Positions 1 through 4,951 of a DNA stretch of 6,047 nt are shown piece after piece. Location: positions 2,969 to 9,015 of the forward strand of contig NZEN01000065.1 of the NCBI GenBank assembly GCA_002689665.1. The letters run 5' to 3'. A program made the translations under genes and the position numbers. This stretch comes from Opitutia bacterium (GTDB lineage: Bacteria; Verrucomicrobiota; Verrucomicrobiia; Opitutales; Seribacteraceae). The notes under the pieces are model-generated. The model saw only the letters and a list, made by a program, of their open reading frames with translations, did not search any database and was not told the origin of the DNA. How positions within the stretch are numbered: the stretch's first letter is position 1; every line of letters starts with the position of its first letter.

Positions 1-1
1 T

Positions 2-208
2 GAAACGAACGGTGACAAACATGAAACCGTAGAAATGCCTTTTGAAGGTAATGGTTTTAATTATGAAGCAGAATCTTTTGGCACTCTCTGGTTGGAAGGC
101 AAAAAAGAGAGTCCAATTATGCCATTGAACGAAAGCTTGGAAATCATGAAACAGATGGATCAAATTCGCAAAGAATGGCCCTTAATCTACCCAATGGATT
201 CTGAATAA
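2..208 (+). CDS. 3' end (last 68 codons) of a Gfo/Idh/MocA-family NAD(P)-dependent oxidoreductase (dihydrodiol-dehydrogenase-like); 5' end lies outside the window
   Basis: The frame is open from position 2 to TAA at 206-208. Translation is ETNGDKHETVEMPFEGNGFNYEAESFGTLWLEGKKESPIMPLNESLEIMKQMDQIRKEWPLIYPMDSE. The pattern G-x-x-YEA...G-x-KESP-x-x-PL-x-ES-L...MD-x-IR...YP-x-D matches the C-terminal tail I remember for dimeric dihydrodiol dehydrogenase-type Gfo/Idh/MocA proteins. It is not in the supplied ORF track, probably because it lacks a start codon. Confidence 0.6.
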   Translation, partial: ETNGDKHETVEMPFEGNGFNYEAESFGTLWLEGKKESPIMPLNESLEIMKQMDQIRKEWPLIYPMDSE

Positions 209-214
209 CCGTTT

Positions 215-940
215 TTAAGGTCTCTCATACCAAAACCAACAGAGCTTACGAAAACGCACGGCAAAAGGGAAAAAAAAGAGCATAAGTAAGTAAAAAGTCA
301 TCTGCCAATTTCCATGCCAATCCAGTTTCCTGGAGGAGGTAATAACCGGAGGATCCGTTATAATAAAAAATTTTTGCCTGGATTTTCGCTTTAATCTCTT
401 GAGGTTCCGTACAAAAACCAGTTCTTCACCCGCGTACATGGTCTCAGGAAAACCTCCGCATGAGACAAAATCTTCTTTTCGACAAAAAATGAAGCTTCCT
501 GCCGCCAATCGAAAAGTCCTCGATAACCAATTCCACAAGGACGGAATAAATCTCCCGAGAAAAAGCTTGTTCTGATGACCATCAAACTCAACTAAGGCCC
601 CGCCTCCAAAGAAATTATCCTCAATCAGGGCATTCATCGCCTGCTCGATGTGTCGAGTAAATATGATTGTATCTGCATCGACAAAAAAAAGAAAATCACC
701 GCTAGCATAACGACCTCCAACATTTCTTGCTTTGGCAATTTGTCGAACCGGTTCATGTACCACAACTGCCCCCTTTTCTTTAGCAACCGCAGCGGTATTG
801 TCTGTTGAATTATTATCAACCACGACAACCTCCCAGTTACTAATCAGGCCTATTTTTTTTATGGCAGTAGTTATTGCCTCTATTGTATGAGGGAGGAATT
901 TCTCTTCGTTGTAAGAAGGAATGATAAAAGAACAATTCAC
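215..940 (-). CDS. Family 2 glycosyltransferase (GT-A fold), 241 aa, GTG start
   Basis: N-terminus is MNCSFIIPSYNEE (the IIPxYNE motif). Other GT2 motifs are VVVDNNSTDNT, ARNVGG and the DxD motif FFVDADT. The C-terminus has ITSSRKLDWHG followed by a hydrophobic, aromatic-rich tail (WQMTFYLLMLFFFPFAVRFRKLCWFWY). The start at 938-940 is GTG, with TAAGG immediately upstream. Confidence 0.9.
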   Translation of the reverse strand: MNCSFIIPSYNEEKFLPHTIEAITTAIKKIGLISNWEVVVVDNNSTDNTAAVAKEKGAVVVHEPVRQIAKARNVGGRYASGDFLFFVDADTIIFTRHIEQAMNALIEDNFFGGGALVEFDGHQNKLFLGRFIPSLWNWLSRTFRLAAGSFIFCRKEDFVSCGGFPETMYAGEELVFVRNLKRLKRKSRQKFFIITDPPVITSSRKLDWHGNWQMTFYLLMLFFFPFAVRFRKLCWFWYERP

Positions 941-974
941 CTTAAATTGTTCGGTAGCTCAGTTGCAAAAAGCC

Positions 975-1595
975 TTACTTATTAAATTTTTTCGCCCGGC
1001 GGCTCGCACCAAAAGAAAGTCCTGAAACCCATCCCTCCAAGCGAGCAGTGGGACGGCCTCCATATTGATCACAATCACCTTTGGCTGCCAAAGGTTTGGT
1101 TCCCTGTATATCAGCCGCGATTTGAGAAAGTGTTGGTACTTTCTCCCCACGATCTTTCATAGCTTGATGCAGAAATGCCAAGCGGTCGATTTCAAGCTGA
1201 CGAGATAGATTGGAAAGGGTTTTCCTGAACTCAGCAACACCACCTGCCCCATTGGTCTCGGGAATATCATCTACTGTTGCTTTACTGCTAGATTCCGAAG
1301 GTGATTCTTCCGCAACAGAACCTTCTTCAACTGGAGCCAACTCTTCGGAAAGAGGTTCATCGGGGGCAATATTTTCTTCGATAGGGTTATCGACCACTTC
1401 TTCAGACGAGTCAAAGTCGTCCATGGAAAACATTTCTTCACTGCTATCAATATCACCTTCGTCATCAACCGCCGGGGGGATACCAACTTCCACCGCACCT
1501 TCGGGCTCACCAGACTCTGAATCAACGGTATTTTCTTCGTCGTCGATTAACTCAGACAATTCCTCATCTGAGGGCTGCTCTTCGGAGTCGCTCAT
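975..1595 (-). CDS. Hypothetical protein, 206 aa: extremely acidic, low-complexity N-terminal half plus basic C-terminal domain; no signal peptide or TM segment
   Basis: ATG is at 1593-1595 and TAA at 975-977. Residues 1-104 contain 40 D/E and no K/R/H, and the first basic residue is K105. Residues 105-206 are net basic (about 17 K/R versus 12 D/E) and of ordinary complexity (EFRKTLSNLSRQLEIDRLAFLHQAMKDRGEKVPTLSQIAADIQGTKP...SRRAKKFNK). It is co-directional with the upstream gene and 33 nt downstream of it. A 129-aa antisense ORF also exists but looks like a compositional shadow. Confidence 0.75.
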   Translation of the reverse strand: MSDSEEQPSDEELSELIDDEENTVDSESGEPEGAVEVGIPPAVDDEGDIDSSEEMFSMDDFDSSEEVVDNPIEENIAPDEPLSEELAPVEEGSVAEESPSESSSKATVDDIPETNGAGGVAEFRKTLSNLSRQLEIDRLAFLHQAMKDRGEKVPTLSQIAADIQGTKPLAAKGDCDQYGGRPTARLEGWVSGLSFGASRRAKKFNK

Positions 1596-1628
1596 TTAGA
1601 AATGGTATTGGGGTTGGGGTAAAACAAG

Positions 1629-2504
1629 TTAGTCATTTGTAGTATTCGAATCGCCCGTGCGAATCAAGAAAAGTTTTTGATCGGGCCGTATGGAAGAGGA
1701 CGCTTTTTCGCGATAATCATGATCAAACTCAAGAAATGTAAGCTCTTTCTGAACTAAAGACGCTTTTAGATAAAAGTGCTGATCAGGTTCATTTTGTTCG
1801 TAAGCTAGATATTTAAATTCATCACGAAACCCAGACTTTATTCCATCTTCTATAAAAATTCCTGACCCTGATGGAGAAACGCTCAATACATCGATTTCTA
1901 ATTCATCACCAAAATAATGATAAGGGGGTCTTTCAATTTCACTCAAAAGACTGTCCTTTTCTTCTTGGTAGGACCTTTGTGCAACTTCCCTGCGTGTTCG
2001 TAAAGCTGACAATTCGGCATCTAGTTGGTCTCGCATCGATTTGACTTTTTTGTTTTGCTCTTCGATTTCCTTTAATTCTGACCTAGCTTTCTCTACTTCC
2101 AATCGAATCGGGTCTCCCTGCTTTCTTTTTTCCGTAGTCCTTTCAGTCTGTTCGGCAAGCTCTTTGCGAACAGATTCTAATTCTTTAATTAATTTAGTTT
2201 TTCTTGCGGAAAGATCGCTCTCCTTAAGTAAGATAATTTCTGCTTCCTCTTTAAGTTTTTCCGCGGCTGCCTGAGTCTCCTCAATTTCTAGCCTGAGTTT
2301 TCCTCTTTCACGAAACATTCCGTTAATCAAATCGGATGATTTATTTTGATCACTCTCAAGATCAAACTTCGCATCCTTTTTTAAGTTTTCTGCGTTCTTA
2401 ATTTTAGAGCTAAATGACACAAAATCTTCTTGGTTAATGAAAAATAGAACACCCGCCGCAACCAGTGAACTCCATGCGAGAATTCTAAAGATGATAGAGA
2501 TCAT
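1629..2504 (-). CDS. Hypothetical bitopic membrane protein (CC2), 291 aa from ATG 2502-2504: N-terminal TM helix, long coiled coil, beta-rich C-terminal domain
   Basis: The ORF is open to a TTG at 2538-2540, but ATG at 2502-2504 gives MISIIFRILAWSSLVAAGVLFFINQED, a short basic N-terminus then a TM helix then acidic residues, consistent with N-in/C-out. About 150 aa of K/E/L/R-rich sequence with heptad character follow (KLRLEIEETQAAAEKLKEEAEIILLKESDLSARKTKLIKELESVRKELAEQ...). The C-terminal ~95 aa are non-helical in character (ELEIDVLSVSPSGSGIFIEDGIKSGFRDEFKYLAY...YLKASLVQKELTFLEF). Stop is TAA at 1629-1631. Confidence 0.8.
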   Translation of the reverse strand: MISIIFRILAWSSLVAAGVLFFINQEDFVSFSSKIKNAENLKKDAKFDLESDQNKSSDLINGMFRERGKLRLEIEETQAAAEKLKEEAEIILLKESDLSARKTKLIKELESVRKELAEQTERTTEKRKQGDPIRLEVEKARSELKEIEEQNKKVKSMRDQLDAELSALRTRREVAQRSYQEEKDSLLSEIERPPYHYFGDELEIDVLSVSPSGSGIFIEDGIKSGFRDEFKYLAYEQNEPDQHFYLKASLVQKELTFLEFDHDYREKASSSIRPDQKLFLIRTGDSNTTND

Positions 2505-3324
2505 ATTCGCTAACAGTAAGAAGTTTGGCTGGCTTACCAAGTAGCGGGATGATGGAAGCCACGGCTTGGTTCAGTTCTGAATGAGTAATCTTAATCTTAC
2601 AAATCTCATCCCCGTTACTTCGAATGGCGAATAATTTGTCTTTAAGAACACCATCCTCCTGCCCGACGGGTAATCCCAGGAGACCATTATTAAGATCAAT
2701 CTTCATGTAAGAAAGTCGAATATATTCGCCTTTCTCCAACCAATTCCTGGAAGTTTTATCGCGAAAAAGGGAAGATGTTGTTTGATCAAAATGCTCCTTA
2801 AGTATCTTGGTAACCGCCTCGTAGTTCTCTAAAGAGTCATTTAGAACCTGAATTTCACTTTCCAAATTTTGCGTACTGTTTAATAAATTATTCTTATTTA
2901 CTTCAATCGCTGGAATTTCGGCAATATTTGCTTGGTGTTTTACCTCTAACTCATCGAATTCTTTTTTCACCTTAATTATCTGCAGCTTTACTTCTCCACT
3001 TGATTTTTGACTCTCTTCAATGGCAGTTTCTAAATCGGCAATAATTGATGCTGACTCGTCTCTGGCTTTTTGTTGGGTTGACTGCTCAACAGTTGCTTCA
3101 AATTTTTCTTCCTCCAGTTTTTGATTTTTGATTCTTTCCCGACCGTAACGCGTAGCGTGTTCCTTATTAAACTTCTCTTTTTCCTGTAATAGAGTATCTC
3201 TCTCCTTGAGAATTTGCTGAATTAACGCTTGTTCATCTTTCAATTTCGACTTCAACGAAAACATGTACCAAATGGCCACGAGTCCAAAGAGTATGGCTAG
3301 TCCATTTAAAATGAGTTTAAGCAT
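2485..3324 (-). CDS. Hypothetical bitopic membrane protein (CC1), 279 aa: N-terminal TM helix, long coiled coil, beta-rich C-terminal domain
   Basis: ATG at 3322-3324 overlaps the upstream TGA by 1 nt (TGATG). The TM helix is MLKLILNGLAILFGLVAIWYMFSL followed by KSKLKDE. About 165 aa of K/E/Q/L-rich coiled-coil-like sequence follow. The C-terminus is EYIRLSYMKIDLNNGLLGLPVGQEDGVLKDKLFAIRSNGDEICKIKITHSELNQAVASIIP. Stop is TAG at 2485-2487. Confidence 0.85.
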   Translation of the reverse strand: MLKLILNGLAILFGLVAIWYMFSLKSKLKDEQALIQQILKERDTLLQEKEKFNKEHATRYGRERIKNQKLEEEKFEATVEQSTQQKARDESASIIADLETAIEESQKSSGEVKLQIIKVKKEFDELEVKHQANIAEIPAIEVNKNNLLNSTQNLESEIQVLNDSLENYEAVTKILKEHFDQTTSSLFRDKTSRNWLEKGEYIRLSYMKIDLNNGLLGLPVGQEDGVLKDKLFAIRSNGDEICKIKITHSELNQAVASIIPLLGKPAKLLTVSEYDLYHL

Positions 3325-3914
3325 CAGGGCAAAGCAGGTAACGGAGCGAAAGGCGAGGGTTCTTCCATTGCTCCTTCAGCGGGAGCATCCAAGGGTATCC
3401 CGGGTATATCTGAACTGGGGGCAGTTGCATCAGGTAGAGTAAATTCGATAGTAGACATGGGGATAAAAGCATCCATATCGGCATTACCATCTTCCTCAGG
3501 AACTGCTTCCACCACTTGCTGAGATTGATCTGTTTCGTTTGATTCCCTAAGAGCAATCTGCTCTCTAATCTGGGAAATCCTTGCTTCTCTCTCATCTTCC
3601 CATTGGCGATCCCGTTTTTTATCGAGCTTTACTTTGTGTGTATGTAAAAGATCTTCGTCACGTCCATTCACTCCTGAGAAGAAATACATCGAATTCAATC
3701 GGCCAAATTCATCCCTAGACCACGCCCGCCCAATCGTTTGATTATCCACCACCGGTTGCATCTCCCGTGTTAGGGGATTGTATTGGTACCTAGCATTCCA
3801 TGCGTTATAAATCACTGGATAATCATTTTTTTTCGCGGTTTGGCGACAGCCCAAAATTGTTAGTCCTACAAACGATAAGAACAACCATTGGCGAATTAAT
3901 TTGGGCATAATCAT
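3324..3914 (-). CDS. Hypothetical lipoprotein, 196 aa, with acidic and proline-rich C-terminal tail
   Basis: The N-terminus MIMPKLIRQWLFLSFVGLTILGC has a basic n-region, a hydrophobic core and an I-L-G-C lipobox (SPase II type). The mature N-terminal ~70 aa are aromatic-rich (YPVIYNAWNARYQYNPL...WSRDEFGRLNSMYFFSG). A charged helix follows (KKRDRQWEDEREARISQIREQIALRE). The final 73 residues contain no K/R/H and are rich in D/E/P/A. ATG at 3912-3914 lies 2 nt after the mpg stop, and an alternative ATG is at 3906-3908. Confidence 0.85.
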   Translation of the reverse strand: MIMPKLIRQWLFLSFVGLTILGCRQTAKKNDYPVIYNAWNARYQYNPLTREMQPVVDNQTIGRAWSRDEFGRLNSMYFFSGVNGRDEDLLHTHKVKLDKKRDRQWEDEREARISQIREQIALRESNETDQSQQVVEAVPEEDGNADMDAFIPMSTIEFTLPDATAPSSDIPGIPLDAPAEGAMEEPSPFAPLPALP

Positions 3915-3916
3915 AA

Positions 3917-4453
3917 TTAAGCACCAGATTTAGCTTTTGAAAACCAAAATCTGTAGGGTTTTTGCGCCCAATATTCTCCAGCAAAATTTACACCGATACG
4001 CGGACCCGATTGAATCTGCCTTTTTAGCACATTTCCTCTTTCAAACCAAAGACCATTTGAATGGATGGCTCTTTTGCGATTTAATTTTCCATCAATTCCC
4101 AATTTTCGGGTTAGTCGTCCAGGTCCGTTGACATCCAGAGTTCCCCGCAAAAGGACGGCTGAGGGGTAACCTTCTCTTTCGCACACAATATTGAGGAGCC
4201 AATGCATTCCATAGCATAAATAAAGATAAATAACACCTGCTTCGCCATACATAACCTCATTCCTCGGGGTTTTACCCTTGGACGCATGACAAGCAAGATC
4301 CTCCTCTCCATCGTATGCTTCCGTCTCACTAATGGTCATTTTGACAACCTCGCCCTTTTTTTTACTGACACACAAGTTGGCTCCCAAAAGCTCACGGGCA
4401 ACCAGCACTACCGGTCGGTTAAAAAAGTCTTTTCCGAGCAAAGCATGGTCCAT
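3917..4453 (-). CDS. mpg: DNA-3-methyladenine glycosylase, AAG/Mpg family (3-methylpurine glycosylase), 178 aa
   Basis: The N-terminus is family-typical: FFNRPVVLVARELLGANL. The catalytic block ISETEAYDGEEDLACHASKGKTPRNEVMYGEAGVIYLYLCYGMHWLLNIV is colinear with the human AAG VETEAY...H...TPRN...YVY..YGM motif. Later motifs are AVLLRG, GPGRLTRKLGID and GPRIGV. ATG is at 4451-4453, 3 nt after the dtd stop. Confidence 0.93.
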   Translation of the reverse strand: MDHALLGKDFFNRPVVLVARELLGANLCVSKKKGEVVKMTISETEAYDGEEDLACHASKGKTPRNEVMYGEAGVIYLYLCYGMHWLLNIVCEREGYPSAVLLRGTLDVNGPGRLTRKLGIDGKLNRKRAIHSNGLWFERGNVLKRQIQSGPRIGVNFAGEYWAQKPYRFWFSKAKSGA

Positions 4454-4456
4454 TTT

Positions 4457-4909
4457 TCAATAAGACTTATTTTGGGAATCAAGCCAGATCGTCACCGGAC
4501 CGTCCTCTTTCATTTCGATATTCATGTGAGCCCCAAATTTCCCAGTCTCCAAACTTCCACCAAAAGAATTACCTAAAATCTCCAGGAACTGTTCATAGAG
4601 TGAAATCGCTAGAGATGGCGGTGCCGCTTTATTAAATGAAGGTCTGTACCCTTTTTTTAGGTTTCCACAAAGAGTAAATTGGCTGACAACGAGTATTCCC
4701 ATGTCGTCTCGAACCGGCAAGTTCATCTTGCCCTCGTTATCATCAAATATACGTAGGCCGAGGATTTTTTTACTACCCCATTCCAAATCTGTCACTTGGT
4801 CTATCTTTTCAATTCCGATGTAAACAAGCAAACCTTGATCTATCTGACCAACCACAGAACTAGCGACCCGAACACTCGCAGCATGAACTCGTCTGACAAG
4901 TAACCTCAA
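4457..4909 (-). CDS. dtd: D-aminoacyl-tRNA deacylase, 150 aa from TTG at 4907-4909
   Basis: Dtd signatures are present: SQFTLCGNLKKGYRPSFNKAAPP and the C-terminal DGPVTIWLDS. The ORF track begins at TTG 4925-4927. The downstream TTG at 4907-4909 gives the canonical Dtd N-terminus M-RLLVRRV and is preceded by GGAGAA with a 9-nt spacer. Stop is TGA at 4457-4459. Confidence 0.92.
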   Translation of the reverse strand: MRLLVRRVHAASVRVASSVVGQIDQGLLVYIGIEKIDQVTDLEWGSKKILGLRIFDDNEGKMNLPVRDDMGILVVSQFTLCGNLKKGYRPSFNKAAPPSLAISLYEQFLEILGNSFGGSLETGKFGAHMNIEMKEDGPVTIWLDSQNKSY

Positions 4910-4918
4910 AATGCTGTC

Positions 4919-4924
4919 TTCTCC
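4919..4924 (-). promoter_or_regulatory. Shine-Dalgarno sequence of dtd (GGAGAA), 9 nt upstream of the TTG start
   Basis: The minus strand reads TTCTCC-TCCTTTTG-GGAGAA-GACAGCATT-TTG. The GGAGAA element at 4919-4924 is complementary to TTCTCC at 4933-4938, so a 6-bp hairpin with an 8-nt loop is possible. Confidence 0.45.
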
Positions 4925-4951
4925 CAAAAGGAGGAGAATAAGTCGGAAAAA

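Noticed and set aside
270-860. Three 8-nt A/T homopolymer tracts inside the glycosyltransferase gene (270-277, 683-690, 853-860), considered as possible slipped-strand phase-variation switches.
   Set aside because: Identical-length tracts also occur in the lipoprotein gene (3826-3833) and in mpg (4356-4363). The tracts are therefore a general property of this AT-leaning sequence encoding K/F runs, not specific to the GT gene. Eight A/T is short for efficient phase variation. Population sequencing for length polymorphism could revisit this.
1210-1599. A 129-aa serine-rich plus-strand ORF antisense to the acidic-protein gene.
   Set aside because: It looks like a compositional shadow. The reverse complements of GAA/GAT/GAG-rich acidic codons give TTC/ATC/CTC strings that read as S/L/F-rich and stop-poor in the opposite frames. 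It is shorter than the 206-aa minus ORF, runs against the direction of the whole array, and lacks the normal-complexity domain that the minus-strand product has. Only expression data could exclude it completely.
2485-2504. Possible programmed frameshift fusing CC1 and CC2 across their 20-nt overlap.
   Set aside because: CC2 is in the +1 frame relative to CC1, and no slippery heptamer or stimulatory structure is evident. A fusion would place a TM helix in the middle of a long coiled-coil protein. CC2 has its own ATG, so ordinary translational coupling is the simpler explanation.
2505-2540. TTG start at 2538-2540, which extends CC2 by 12 codons (MVSQPNFLLLAN).
   Set aside because: The ATG at 2502-2504 gives a conventional short N-terminus followed by a TM helix and reduces the overlap with CC1 from 56 to 20 nt. 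The extension adds only hydrophobic residues ahead of the TM segment. The choice is not certain.
1629-3324. Marked AT-richness of the two coiled-coil genes as a sign of horizontal acquisition. Sampled 60-nt lines have 19/60 G+C at 2341-2400 and 17/60 at 2881-2940, versus 33/60 at 5401-5460 in cysK.
   Set aside because: The drop coincides exactly with K/E/N/I/L-rich coiled-coil coding sequence, whose codons are AT-rich. By eye the adjacent lipoprotein and acidic-protein genes of the same module are not similarly AT-rich. No mobility genes, tRNA or flanking repeats are present. Amino-acid composition explains it, but only a few lines were counted, so a full GC and codon-usage calculation would be needed to be sure.
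1629-3914. Interpretation of the lipoprotein plus two bitopic proteins as PilP/PilN/PilO (type IV pilus alignment complex), or as MreC or HlyD-type membrane fusion proteins.
   Set aside because: The gene order differs from pilMNOPQ, and no PilM, PilQ, ATPase or pilin gene is nearby. The coiled coils are much longer and the proteins about 80-100 aa larger than typical PilN/PilO. I see no MreC or MFP signature motifs. This is kept only as a hypothesis for profile searches to test.
4910-4927. TTG at 4925-4927 as the dtd start (156 aa).
   Set aside because: The extension MGEDSI is not family-like, and it contains the GGAGAA that serves as the SD for the downstream TTG. The downstream TTG reproduces the canonical Dtd N-terminus.
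4928-4934. Perfect plus-strand SD-like AAGGAGG in the cysK-dtd spacer.
   Set aside because: No ATG, GTG or TTG and no ORF follows at a suitable distance on the plus strand. It is simply the complement of the pyrimidine-rich arm (CCTCCTT) of the minus-strand spacer.
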